Source: Oceanispirochaeta sp. (GTDB lineage Bacteria > Spirochaetota > Spirochaetia > DSM-2461). From it: a stretch of DNA of 64,000 bases. Under the pieces are notes generated by a model, which did not search any database, was not told the DNA's origin, and saw nothing but the letters and a program-made list of their open reading frames with translations. The position numbers were made by a program, and so were the translations under genes. Shown piece by piece: positions 38,640 through 48,690 of this stretch; position 1 is the stretch's first letter, and every line of letters begins with the position of its first letter. The DNA lies in assembly GCA_963666275.2 (NCBI GenBank), contig CAXXOA010000003.1, forward strand, positions 1 to 64,000, read 5' to 3'.

Positions 38640-39878
38640 TCAGACCTCGGGCTGCCAGTTTTTTGTCTGTCCCGATTCCATCATACTTTTGATGGCCCTG
38701 TCGTTGTAACCGAGTCCTTTCAGTACCTGTTCAGAATGTTCTCCCAGATAGGGCCCCCTGTTGTATTCGGGTTCTCCTGTTTCTGTTAAGATCACGGGAG
38801 GTCTTACAAGTGTTCTGGTGGCACCGGTCGGATATTCCATGGCATGGAAACAGCCGGATGCCCAGGCCTGTTTATCCTCCAGCAGCTCATCCCAGTTCTG
38901 GGCAACCGCAAAAGGTATATCCGCTTCTGTAAAGAGCTGAACCCATTCCGCAAGAGCTTTTCCGGCCATTTTCTCCCGGATAATTTCGTAAAAATCTTCC
39001 AGATTGTTCTGCAGGTTCTCCTGGGGAAAATATTTTTCATTTCCCACCAGGTCCTCTCTGCCGATGAGTTTTACAAATTTCTCATAAAAGGCATTGTAGA
39101 CGGGCATGGCAATCTGAATCCATCTGCCGTCCTTTGTCTTATGAGCCACATTCAGTGGGTTGGCCATCAGTTTTCTGGAAACAGGCCACTGGGTGGATTC
39201 ATGTTTGTACTGGGCACTCTGGAGCATAATTGCTATGTCCCAGATGGCCGCGTGAAGCAGACTTACAGAGACTTTATCGCCTTTCCCTGTATTTTTCGCT
39301 TTGTACAGAGCTGCCAGGAGTCCTGATGAGAGGAACATTCCTACCTGATGATCTCCGAAACCGGGAATCAGATTCATAGGATTGCTTCCGTCATCACAGG
39401 TGGGGCCCAGAACTCCCCCCCGGGCGGAATAGGCGGTATAGTCGAATCCCGGCAGATCCTTGTCGGGCCCTTTTTCTCCGTATCCTGTCACAATACCGTA
39501 GACCAGAGAGGGATAGCTGGCTTTGAGAGTGTTGTAGTCAAGTCTGGCTCTTTCCAGAGCGTTCTGCCGCAGGTTCGTGACGAACATATCCGCACCGGCA
39601 ATGAGTTTTTCCAGGGCTTCCCTGGCTTCCGGCAGTTTAAGGTTCAGGCATATACACTTTTTATTGGCGTTTTCCAGATCATAACTTGTGTTTTCCTTTT
39701 CTCCTGCAGGGCGGCCTTCATTAACGGCTGTGAACCGCAGGGGGTCTCCCGACAGAGATTCCACTTTTATGACTTCAGCTCCCAGATCTGCCAGATAGCG
39801 GCAGCAAGAGGGAGCGGCAACAAATGTTGCCAGTTCTATTACTTTTATACCTTCCAGGGGTTTTCGGGCTTCTCCCAT
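38640..39878 (-). CDS. fldA: Class III CoA-transferase, cinnamoyl-CoA:phenyllactate CoA-transferase-like
   Basis: GDPLRFTA.NEGRP...ENTSYDLENANKK, GYGEKGPDKDLPGFDYTA. Confidence 0.8.
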   Translation of the reverse strand: MGEARKPLEGIKVIELATFVAAPSCCRYLADLGAEVIKVESLSGDPLRFTAVNEGRPAGEKENTSYDLENANKKCICLNLKLPEAREALEKLIAGADMFVTNLRQNALERARLDYNTLKASYPSLVYGIVTGYGEKGPDKDLPGFDYTAYSARGGVLGPTCDDGSNPMNLIPGFGDHQVGMFLSSGLLAALYKAKNTGKGDKVSVSLLHAAIWDIAIMLQSAQYKHESTQWPVSRKLMANPLNVAHKTKDGRWIQIAMPVYNAFYEKFVKLIGREDLVGNEKYFPQENLQNNLEDFYEIIREKMAGKALAEWVQLFTEADIPFAVAQNWDELLEDKQAWASGCFHAMEYPTGATRTLVRPPVILTETGEPEYNRGPYLGEHSEQVLKGLGYNDRAIKSMMESGQTKNWQPEV

Positions 39879-39952
39879 TAGATTCTCCTATTTGTTGAGT
39901 AGATTGGCAGGGACCCGCAGCCTGCAGGTCCTGTTTTGATTTAAACTTCCGG

Positions 39953-41131
39953 TTAAACTGAAGGTTCCAGTTCCATAGCTTTTCCTATGGTCCCGGCTTC
40001 CTTTGTATCAAACCTTGTTACGATCATATGGATCACAAAGGGGATCATAATGATGGGGATGGTCAGATAGCCCAGATAGCTGTAGCCTCTTCCGATCAGA
40101 GGGAGCAGGCCGAACTGAGCGACGCTGAAAGCCAGCAGAGTAAAGAAAGCTGTTGTAATGATGGCTGTTTTTGAGGGTTTTCCATTTTCTGTCAGACCGG
40201 GGTGGTCGTTTTTCTCCACTTTGGCACAGACTCTCATGGATACACCGGCAATCATATTTACAGCTGTGGAAACAGCTCCCAGTATGATCAGGATGGAAAT
40301 AATCGGTGTCAGCAGCGATGAGCCGATACCATTCTGAACCAGAATCAGGACAGGCACAGAGGCTTCGGCGTATTCAGGCATATTGACTACGACCAGAAGG
40401 CCGAAGATTGAAATCAATACAAGAACCGAGTTGGTGATGAATCCGTAGATCATACTCGTTTTGGAGTCATCCGGGCTTGTAAAAGGTTTGGCATGCTGGG
40501 CATAGAGGCCTATGGCAGCCAGCTGGAATGCGGCATACACAAAGCCTTTCCACAGGGCAGATCCGAAAGGAGCCGTTGTTTCTCTCATGCCTCCAATGTT
40601 GGTGGAAATAGTGCTCCACTGGGCAATGATATTGGGGACAAAAATCAGAAGAAGTCCCGCAATTATCAGGATGGAAAGGGTAGATGCCACTTTTCTGACG
40701 ATATCGGTCCCGTAGACGGCAACTATGAAAATAAAGATACCGATAATCGCTGTACAGAGAAGGTAGGGAATCCCCAGAAGCTGGTTCATGGTCGCTCCCC
40801 CTGTGGCGAAGGCAACAGCCGGAGCCAGACAGAGCAGAACAAAAAACAGCAGTTCATAAAGGTTGGAAAAAATGGGGGAGAGTTTCCCGTAGAAACTGTC
40901 GTTGAAACTCCTGTAATCATATTTCTTGTGATTGTAGGCGTAACGGAGGGCATACCACTGATATACCGCCGCAATGGCCTGTGCGATCACAGGTGTCAGG
41001 AAACACCACAGACCGTACTTAAGGAAATACACCTTTAACTGCGCTCCCGAAGCAAATCCTCCTCCGAACTGGGTCGTGAACCAGACGAATGCTACGCCTA
41101 TTGTCACAGGCATTTTGTCTTTGTTGATCAT
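39953..41131 (-). CDS. Membrane transporter (YkvI-like)
   Basis: About 10 TM segments, WFTTQFGGGFASG. Confidence 0.75.
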   Translation of the reverse strand: MINKDKMPVTIGVAFVWFTTQFGGGFASGAQLKVYFLKYGLWCFLTPVIAQAIAAVYQWYALRYAYNHKKYDYRSFNDSFYGKLSPIFSNLYELLFFVLLCLAPAVAFATGGATMNQLLGIPYLLCTAIIGIFIFIVAVYGTDIVRKVASTLSILIIAGLLLIFVPNIIAQWSTISTNIGGMRETTAPFGSALWKGFVYAAFQLAAIGLYAQHAKPFTSPDDSKTSMIYGFITNSVLVLISIFGLLVVVNMPEYAEASVPVLILVQNGIGSSLLTPIISILIILGAVSTAVNMIAGVSMRVCAKVEKNDHPGLTENGKPSKTAIITTAFFTLLAFSVAQFGLLPLIGRGYSYLGYLTIPIIMIPFVIHMIVTRFDTKEAGTIGKAMELEPSV

Positions 41132-42273
41132 ACTCTTGATCCTCCTTTTATATGGATGATGTCCTTGAAGGTTTCAAGGATCGTCCTACCTTGTTCGAAG
41201 TCCACCATCTGACGGTCAACTTCGATAAGGGCAACAGGAATCTCTTCCCGTTCGCAGATGTTTTTGATCATGACATAATCGAATTCCTCTGGATCACAGA
41301 ATTTAGTCATTAATACTACCACACCATCTGCCCTGTGCTGTTGTGCTAATTCAGCAATATATTCAGCTCTCTTTTTATCCCTGTCATAAAGGACGGAACA
41401 GTTGTCCATCCGGCTGAACTTCCTGGCCAGATCTGTCAGGGGGGTGTCTCCTTCGGGGGTATCCACCCGATACTGACGGGATTCATGAGCCACATCATCT
41501 GCGACAATCTGGATGTTGTTTTCGTTGAACAATTCCAGGAGAGAGGGATTATCCGCAAGAATTCCTGATGTGATGATTCTTGTTTTCCGCTCCCTTACCG
41601 GGGGAAACTCCTCAATAATGGAAAGGAGTTTTTCCACTAGTGCCGTATGCTCCTCTTTCAGCATGAAATAGGCGCTTTTAAATATGGCGCTGCGGGATAC
41701 CGAATCAATCTCCGGGTAGTCTGAAAGGTATTCGCTCAAACGCCTCATACAGCGGTTATGCTCGTTATAGACTCTTATGGATTTTCCCAGAGAGTCTTCG
41801 TCAAAAGAGAGACCTGTATTCTTTTCAAGATCTTTGATGACCCGTTCGTATCCGGACTTTGTGAATGCCATACCCGCTTCGTTGCCCCTGTTCTGGGGAT
41901 AGGGCATGGGAATGAACGGGATGGAGGGAACTGCATACTTCCAGTTTTCTCCCAGTACTTTCAGAGAGTCACACAGATAGGGAATCACAATGGCCGAGAC
42001 TCCCTTATAGGCACCGATGACTCCCAGATCTGTAATGGACTGGGTTATGGAACACAGAAAGGCGGGGAAGTACTGTTTGGACTCTGTCAGCTGTCTATCC
42101 GCACCCCAGACTCCCATGGGGACAATGCCCATGGAGTGAATGATCTCTTCGGGAGTGTATACCGGTGCAACAGCTACCACTTTTTTTCCATCGGACAGGT
42201 ATTTATCCAGCTGTTTTTTCGGTGATGAGGCAATTTCTCTGAATTCTGCCAGGATTTTTTCTAAGGGCATCAT
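41128..42273 (-). CDS. fldC: 2-hydroxyacyl-CoA dehydratase beta subunit
   Basis: PEEIIH, YFPAFLCS, KFCDPEEFDY. Confidence 0.82.
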   Translation of the reverse strand: MMPLEKILAEFREIASSPKKQLDKYLSDGKKVVAVAPVYTPEEIIHSMGIVPMGVWGADRQLTESKQYFPAFLCSITQSITDLGVIGAYKGVSAIVIPYLCDSLKVLGENWKYAVPSIPFIPMPYPQNRGNEAGMAFTKSGYERVIKDLEKNTGLSFDEDSLGKSIRVYNEHNRCMRRLSEYLSDYPEIDSVSRSAIFKSAYFMLKEEHTALVEKLLSIIEEFPPVRERKTRIITSGILADNPSLLELFNENNIQIVADDVAHESRQYRVDTPEGDTPLTDLARKFSRMDNCSVLYDRDKKRAEYIAELAQQHRADGVVVLMTKFCDPEEFDYVMIKNICEREEIPVALIEVDRQMVDFEQGRTILETFKDIIHIKGGSRV

Positions 42274-43508
42274 AGGGACTCTCCTTTATTGCTTGCCATA
42301 ATCTCAGTCAGTCCCTGAACCCTGTTGTCATACTGGGCTTCGGAAAAGTTCCGGGGGTCTGCCTGGTCTCCATCAAAGGACACCACAGGAATCTGGCATT
42401 CTTCGCCGATCTGACGTCTCATTTCGGGCATGAATCCGCTCCAGAGTTTGCAGGAACGGTTGGTATGGACCAGCAATCCCTCAGTACCTGTTTTTTTGGC
42501 AATACTGACACGTTTGTCTCTGGATTTTTCCAGATTAATGGAGTTGGGGACACTGCAGTAGGCCCGGACCAGTCCGTCAAAATCGTCATAGAGGAAGCCG
42601 AAAGCATCCGCATAAATCGTGGCTACCATGTTTATACCCCTCTCTTTCAAAGCGGTGGCGGTTGTTCTCAGGTGAGGCCAGCAGGCGATTCCTTCAAACA
42701 TGATTCTGTGCTTTTCTTCTGCTCTGAAGCTGCTTGTTCCCTCTTCCGCGGCTTTTTTCCACTCTTCAATAAGGGTTTCAAAGGCTTCGGCTGCCTCGAC
42801 TGTTCCCCTGGCGCATACGGCAACAGCCATATGGTTAAGAAGGACAAAACCGTTAAAAGGGGAGGGTTTGTACTTTGAATAGGATGTCGCTTCCAGCCAG
42901 GCCCGGGATGTCCTGTTGGAAATTTCCATGACTTCCCTGAATTTGTCGTCGCTCCAGGTTTTTCCCGTGATCTCTTCAAGCTGTTTTACCGCCGCAAGGA
43001 ACTGGGCTTTTACATATTCCACATAGGCATCTGATACCTCATAATCCGGATTAAAAGGTATATCTATGAGAATGAGAGGTATATCCAGTTCTTTGGATAT
43101 GTTCTCATACCACTTGATCATGGTATTGCAGATATTATTACAGCAGAGGAGAAAATCCGGCTGCGGCATATTCTGTTCGGGGACATCTTTTACCTTTGTA
43201 TAGGCCAGGCTTATACGGGCATAGGCGCAGATATCATTGGAATATCCGTCGGCTTCTGATATTTCGCATAACTTCTGACCGGCTCCTCTTGCGGCAATGG
43301 CCGCCGCCTGATTCTCGGGATAACAAACCTTGATACCAAGAGTCTGAAAGATCTCCTGGGGAAAGTTACTGGCACACCAGCCTATCTTCTCCCCCCTGTC
43401 TTTTGCCTCCTGGACTTCCCTGTAGTGCTTTTCCACAATCGCACCCAGCTTGTATTTCGCTGAATTCGGGTCCGGTGCAGGCCTCTTCTTTTTTATTTCT
43501 TCGGACAT
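42270..43508 (-). CDS. fldB: 2-hydroxyacyl-CoA dehydratase alpha subunit (phenyllactyl-CoA type)
   Basis: GWCASNFPQEI, PDFLLCCNNIC, NRSCK, FDGDQADPRNF. Confidence 0.85.
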   Translation of the reverse strand: MSEEIKKKRPAPDPNSAKYKLGAIVEKHYREVQEAKDRGEKIGWCASNFPQEIFQTLGIKVCYPENQAAAIAARGAGQKLCEISEADGYSNDICAYARISLAYTKVKDVPEQNMPQPDFLLCCNNICNTMIKWYENISKELDIPLILIDIPFNPDYEVSDAYVEYVKAQFLAAVKQLEEITGKTWSDDKFREVMEISNRTSRAWLEATSYSKYKPSPFNGFVLLNHMAVAVCARGTVEAAEAFETLIEEWKKAAEEGTSSFRAEEKHRIMFEGIACWPHLRTTATALKERGINMVATIYADAFGFLYDDFDGLVRAYCSVPNSINLEKSRDKRVSIAKKTGTEGLLVHTNRSCKLWSGFMPEMRRQIGEECQIPVVSFDGDQADPRNFSEAQYDNRVQGLTEIMASNKGESL

Positions 43509-43519
43509 AAAATCCTCCT

Positions 43520-44293
43520 TTAAAGATTTTCCTTGTATGCATAGAGAGCCGCTCCCAGGGCTCCGGAAACCTGGGCGTAGGGAGAATGAATTATACTTAC
43601 GCCTAACGCTCTTTCCAGTGCCGTTCTGACTCCACCGTTCCGGGCGACACCGCCGCTCATATAGACCTTCTCTCTGACTCCCGCTCTTTTCGCCTGGGCT
43701 GCGACCCTCAGGGCGACGGATTCACAAATTCCGGCAACCAGATCTGTCATGGGAATGCCTCTTGCCAGTTGGGATATCACCTCAGATTCGGCAAAGACTG
43801 TGCAGGTATTGGAAATGGCCGCAGGAACTTCCGCCAGCAGACAGAGATCTGCCATATCATCAATCTCTATCTGGAGAATCCTCGCCATGACTTCCAGAAA
43901 CCGTCCTGTTCCTGCTGCGCACTTATCATTCATGATGAAGTTCTGCATTCTGCCGTTTTCATCCAGTACCAGAACCTTTGCGTCCTGGCCTCCAATGTCA
44001 ATAACTGTTCTGACACCGGGCAGAATAAAACTGCCACCCAGGGCATGGCAGGTGAGCTCGCTGATCCTGGCATCTGCTTTTTGAAAATTGTTTCTCCCGT
44101 ACCCTGTGACAACAGAAGCACTAATATCCTTTTCATCCAGTCCGGAAAGGCCTATGACTTCGTCTATGGCTTTCTGGGGTCCCTGTGTTCCTATTCCCGA
44201 GGGAACCACAACACTGGAGAGAATCCTGTCGCCCCGGTCAAGAATGACTGCCTTGGATGTGGTGGATCCAATGTCTATGCCCAATGTCTTCAC
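43520..44293 (-). CDS. fldI: Dehydratase activator (ASKHA ATPase, [4Fe-4S])
   Basis: GIDIGSTTSK, DIGGQDAK, MNDKCAAGTGRF, CTVFAESE. Confidence 0.88.
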   Translation of the reverse strand: MKTLGIDIGSTTSKAVILDRGDRILSSVVVPSGIGTQGPQKAIDEVIGLSGLDEKDISASVVTGYGRNNFQKADARISELTCHALGGSFILPGVRTVIDIGGQDAKVLVLDENGRMQNFIMNDKCAAGTGRFLEVMARILQIEIDDMADLCLLAEVPAAISNTCTVFAESEVISQLARGIPMTDLVAGICESVALRVAAQAKRAGVREKVYMSGGVARNGGVRTALERALGVSIIHSPYAQVSGALGAALYAYKENL

Positions 44294-44345
44294 TCATGAA
44301 CTTCCTTTTATTTATCGTTTTGTAAAAAAAGTATACGTAGACAAC

Positions 44346-44387
44346 TGGTAATACCACATGATATCTATGGGTTTTTGGAATTGTCAA
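44346..44387 (-). promoter_or_regulatory. fld promoter with FadR-type operator
   Basis: TTGACA-N18-TATCAT on the minus strand, then TGGT-AAT-ACCA (44346-44356). Confidence 0.55.
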
Positions 44388-44467
44388 TGAATTTTTCAGG
44401 TAAAATTAATAGTTGACTTAGTATACTAGGTGATTTAGCATGAATGTCAAAATCAACAGGCAGATCT

Positions 44468-46090
44468 ATGGAAAAACTGAAGCAGATTACCCTTGGGGAA
44501 AGTTTAAAGATTATCTCGTGCAAATATCCGGAACGGAAGGCTGTCGAGGAGTGTCATGACTCTCTGACCTATCGGGAACTGGATTTTCTCTCAGATTGTA
44601 TTGCCGCAAATCTTACAGGTATGGGAGTTCACAAGGGGGAACGGTTCCTTCTCTGGTCAGATAACTCCCTGAGGAGCATTGTCTTTTTTTATGCTCTGCA
44701 GAAAATAGGGGCCATCCCCGTCTTCTCCAGCCACAGAAGCCTGGCGGATGAGCTGATACAGCAGATCGAAACAGCGGAAGTACAGTATTTTGCCGCCGGG
44801 GAAGGGGAGTTCTCTCTTCCCCCGGAGGCTATGATCCGGACCATCCGGGGAAAAAAGGGCTTGGGGATCAGACACTATTTCTCCCTGGGAAAGTTCCCGC
44901 TGAAGGGTACTGCTGGATTCTCTTCTCTGATCAGAGAGCCGGATCCGCAGAGCATAGCAGCTTTTGCCGCCATGTCTGCTTCCGTGATTCCCGAGGATAC
45001 ATCCATGATCCTGTTTACCTCAGGAACCACCGGGGAACCAAAGGCGGTTATGACAAGCCATTTCTCCCGTTATAACAACGGTTTCCTTCAGGCCCGGGAT
45101 CTGGATGCCACGGAAGGGGATAAATTCTGTGCAGTACTGCCAGTATTCCACTGTTTCGGTATCAGCACCAATGTAATCGCCGCCATGTCTGTAGGGGCCT
45201 GCCTCCATTTAACAAGCGGGAGAAGCTCTGTGAGAGTTCTGGAATCCATTCAGGACTCCCGATGCACAATTCTCAATGCGGTACCCACTATTTTTCATAA
45301 GCTGATTACCTGCAATTCTCTGGATCAGTATGATATTTCCAGTCTCCGAACAGGGTTCATCGGAGGGGCGGGATGCCCTGTCCGATATTTCAGGGAGTTC
45401 GAACGGAAACTGGGATTGACGCTCCTGTCCAGCCTGGGAATGACCGAAACCACTGCGGGAATTACTGTCAGCCGTCCCGGCGATTCCATTGAACTGCGCG
45501 CTTCCACCGTCGGCAGGTTTATGGAGGGGGTAGAAGGTCAAATCCAGGATCCTCTTTCGAGACAGCCTGTGGGAATAAGGGTGATCGGGGAAATCTGTGT
45601 CCGGGGATATATGGTCATGCAGGGGTATTATAACAATCCCGGGCAGACCGCCCGTGTTATTGATGAAAAGGGCTGGCTGCATACGGGAGATCTGGGATAT
45701 CTTGATGAAAGCGGATATCTTCATCTGAAGGGTAGATTGAAGGAGCTTGTAATCAAAGGGGGCGAAAATATTTCACCCCGTGAGATTGAACGGGTTCTCC
45801 TCAATCATGATAAAGTACAGGATGCAAAGGTATTAGGTGTTCCCGATCCGCACTACGGCGAGGAAATATTTGCCTTTGTAGTGCCTGAAAAAAATTCTGC
45901 TGTTACCCTTAATGAACTGAATCAGTACTGCCGGGAAAGGCTTATTAAATTCAAAGTCCCCAGGTACATTGTTTTTGTTCAGGATCTGCCGAGAAATCCA
46001 AACGGTAAAGTCCTTCTGCAGGAACTGGAAAAAAAGGCTCTCTTTTTTCTTGAATCCGCCACAAGGGAAAAGGCCCGGTACTACGAATGA
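44468..46090 (+). CDS. AMP-dependent acyl-CoA ligase (FldL-like)
   Basis: FTSGTTGEPK, GMTET, HTGDLG, GGENISP, PNGKV. Confidence 0.9.
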   Translation: MEKLKQITLGESLKIISCKYPERKAVEECHDSLTYRELDFLSDCIAANLTGMGVHKGERFLLWSDNSLRSIVFFYALQKIGAIPVFSSHRSLADELIQQIETAEVQYFAAGEGEFSLPPEAMIRTIRGKKGLGIRHYFSLGKFPLKGTAGFSSLIREPDPQSIAAFAAMSASVIPEDTSMILFTSGTTGEPKAVMTSHFSRYNNGFLQARDLDATEGDKFCAVLPVFHCFGISTNVIAAMSVGACLHLTSGRSSVRVLESIQDSRCTILNAVPTIFHKLITCNSLDQYDISSLRTGFIGGAGCPVRYFREFERKLGLTLLSSLGMTETTAGITVSRPGDSIELRASTVGRFMEGVEGQIQDPLSRQPVGIRVIGEICVRGYMVMQGYYNNPGQTARVIDEKGWLHTGDLGYLDESGYLHLKGRLKELVIKGGENISPREIERVLLNHDKVQDAKVLGVPDPHYGEEIFAFVVPEKNSAVTLNELNQYCRERLIKFKVPRYIVFVQDLPRNPNGKVLLQELEKKALFFLESATREKARYYE

Positions 46091-46248
46091 CTCTCCATCT
46101 CATTAAGAGGGCCTTTCCCTGCGGCCATACCGGGTAAACTGGCCTATCTCATGACTCTTTCCAGTTTTTTTCGTTAGAATCTCTGTATTGACATTCCCAT
46201 AGACCGAACCTATTATCAAATTATTCGCATCCCAAAAAGGCAAATCCA

Positions 46249-46980
46249 GTGTTTGATAAAGTCAGAGGCAATAAAATTTCAAGTGAAATTATCTCTCAGA
46301 TCAGGAGTATGATCTTCAGGGGCAAACTCTCCCCGGGAGATAGGCTGCCCTCGGAACATCTGCTGACAGAGCAGTTCAATGTCAGCCGTCAGACCCTCAG
46401 AGAAGCACTCCGGGCACTGGAATTTATCGGACTCATCGAGATAAAGAAGGGGGCCACAGGCGGTCCCTGTATTGCCGAAGTTGACAGTGAAATTCCCCAG
46501 GAGATGCTGGCGAATTTTCTCTATTTCAAGAATCTTACTGTCAATCAGGTTTGTGATTTCAGAAAAACCATCGAACCCACAGCGGCAAGGATGGCTGCTG
46601 ATCTGATCAGTGAAGAGCAGCTGGAGGAACTCAGAAAGATTGTTGAGTCATCCAGGACACTGGATATGCAGAATCCGGCTATCTGGGAGTCAGGCGTTTA
46701 TGATCTGAGTTTTCACCGTCTGATCGGGCAGGCGACGCAGAATCCGATTTTCATCATTATCATTGATTTTCTGGAAAATGTGATGGAGGAACTCAAGGTC
46801 AATCACATCATAAAATCCGAAGAGTACGAGCAGATCTTTCAGACTCATGAGGATATTTATAAGGCTCTTAAAGAGCGCAATGCCGATCTGGCTTCCAGGC
46901 TTATGTATGATCATATCGAGTCTGTTCAGTTTTACCTGCGTGCTGTCGGGGAATCGGGAGTCTGGACTCATCCTGTATAA
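46249..46980 (+). CDS. GntR/FadR regulator
   Basis: PGDRLPSE...VSRQTLREALRAL. Confidence 0.92.
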   Translation: MFDKVRGNKISSEIISQIRSMIFRGKLSPGDRLPSEHLLTEQFNVSRQTLREALRALEFIGLIEIKKGATGGPCIAEVDSEIPQEMLANFLYFKNLTVNQVCDFRKTIEPTAARMAADLISEEQLEELRKIVESSRTLDMQNPAIWESGVYDLSFHRLIGQATQNPIFIIIIDFLENVMEELKVNHIIKSEEYEQIFQTHEDIYKALKERNADLASRLMYDHIESVQFYLRAVGESGVWTHPV

Positions 46981-47119
46981 AGGCTCTTTTCTCTCAGTTT
47001 TTTAAGAACTCATCCCAACACTATTTTTTTCATTATCTCTGGCTTAATTTGGAACTCCTGTCTGTGTACAGGTTTTTTTTTATGCTTCAAAAAAATTGGC
47101 CGAATACATTCGATTAAAT

Positions 47120-47173
47120 TTGACAGTTGAAAAAAGTAGTGCAATAATTGCAAACATTGTAAATATTGCGAAT
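47120..47173 (+). promoter_or_regulatory. Promoter with three tandem 9-bp repeats
   Basis: TTGACA-N17-AATAAT (extended TG); ATTGCAAAC ATTGTAAAT ATTGCGAAT. Confidence 0.5.
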
Positions 47174-47193
47174 TTTGAAAGGAGGCCAAAACT

Positions 47194-48666
47194 TTGGAAA
47201 GCCTGAAAGAAAAATTTATTGGAATCCTGGGCTCTCAAAACGTCATTGATAGTCCGGAAGTCCTTGAAAGCTATTCATCAGACCACAGTTTCACAAAAGC
47301 TATGAAACCGAGGCTGGTTGTAAAACCGAAAGACGCCGCACAGGTTCAGGAAATCGTGAAGCTGGCAAATACTACGGGCACCACCCTGGTTCCGGTGAGT
47401 TCAGGAGCTCCCCATTTCAAGGGAGATACCGTTCCCGGTGTCCCGGGAGCCGTTATCGTTGATTTAAGCGGGATGAACAAAATCATCAGCATCAATCGCC
47501 AGCAGAGAATGGCAGTCGTTGAACCTGGTGTTACCTATGATCAGCTTCAGAAGGCTCTGGCGGAAGAGGGACTGACTCTTGCCACTTCCATCAGACCCAG
47601 GGGGACAAAATCAGTTCTCACCAGTGTTCTGGAAATGGAGCCCAGACTGAACTGTGTTCATCAGTTCAATTACACCGAACCCCTCCGCTGCAGCGAAGTA
47701 ACCTTCGGTGACGGAAATCAGATCTTTACAGGAGAGGCCGGTAACGCACCCAAAGATCTGGAAAAACAGTGGGAGCTGGAAAAATGGCAGGTAAATTCAA
47801 ACGGCCCCAACATGATGGACCTTGTCAGGATGGTAATGCAGGCTCAGGGAAGTATGGGAATCGTAACCTGGGTGTCCCTGAAGTGCGAACTTCTCCCCTC
47901 AATCCATAAAATGTATCTTGTTCCTGCCAGAAAATCTGTTGATCTGGAGGACTTTGTCTACAAAACAATCCGTGTCAGATTCAGCGATAAACTTTACGTC
48001 ATGAACAAAGCCTACATGGCCAGCCTCATGGCTGATACGAAAGAAGACGTTGCCAGACTCAAATCCGAACTTCCCGCCTGGGTTGCCCCGGTTGGAATCT
48101 CTGGAGATATTCTTCTGCCGGAAATGAAAGTCAGCGCTCAGGAAGAGGATATTGCCGATTTTGCCCAGGAATGCGGTCTGCAGTTTCTGTCCAGTGTTCC
48201 CGGAGCTACGGGAGATCAGGTTCTTGCTAAATCTATCGGCACTTCTAAGGGGACCTACTGGAAAGAGACCTATAAAGGGGCTTTTCAGGATATTTTCTTT
48301 ATAACGACCCTGGATAAAACGTCCCAATTCATCAATGCCATGTACGATATGGCCATTGACGCGGGATACCCCACCGATGATATCGGTGTCTATATCCAGC
48401 CCCAGCATATGGGTACTTCTGTTCATATGGAATTTTCATTCCCCTATGATCCTGCCAGCAAGAAAGAAGCAAAAATGGTGAAGGATCTCTATGAGCAGGG
48501 AAGCCGTGAGATGTCCAGACTCGGAGCTTACTATGCCAGACCCTATGACATATGGTCCACAATCCAGCTGAATAAAGATGCCCAATCATACAAGCTGTTG
48601 CAGGATCTGAAAGGAATCTTCGATCCCAACAACATCATGAACACCGGCAAGCTCACAGTAAAATAA
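47194..48666 (+). CDS. FAD-binding oxidoreductase (GlcD/VAO superfamily)
   Basis: PRLVVKP, VDLSGMNKI, VEPGVT, GSMGIVT, IFDPNNIMNTGK. Confidence 0.85.
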   Translation: MESLKEKFIGILGSQNVIDSPEVLESYSSDHSFTKAMKPRLVVKPKDAAQVQEIVKLANTTGTTLVPVSSGAPHFKGDTVPGVPGAVIVDLSGMNKIISINRQQRMAVVEPGVTYDQLQKALAEEGLTLATSIRPRGTKSVLTSVLEMEPRLNCVHQFNYTEPLRCSEVTFGDGNQIFTGEAGNAPKDLEKQWELEKWQVNSNGPNMMDLVRMVMQAQGSMGIVTWVSLKCELLPSIHKMYLVPARKSVDLEDFVYKTIRVRFSDKLYVMNKAYMASLMADTKEDVARLKSELPAWVAPVGISGDILLPEMKVSAQEEDIADFAQECGLQFLSSVPGATGDQVLAKSIGTSKGTYWKETYKGAFQDIFFITTLDKTSQFINAMYDMAIDAGYPTDDIGVYIQPQHMGTSVHMEFSFPYDPASKKEAKMVKDLYEQGSREMSRLGAYYARPYDIWSTIQLNKDAQSYKLLQDLKGIFDPNNIMNTGKLTVK

Positions 48667-48690
48667 ATATTGAAACGGAGGAAAGAAAGC

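Noticed and set aside
46060..46125. Inverted repeat across the CoA-ligase stop codon
   Set aside because: Imperfect, long loop, no U-tract and single copy; function cannot be supported.
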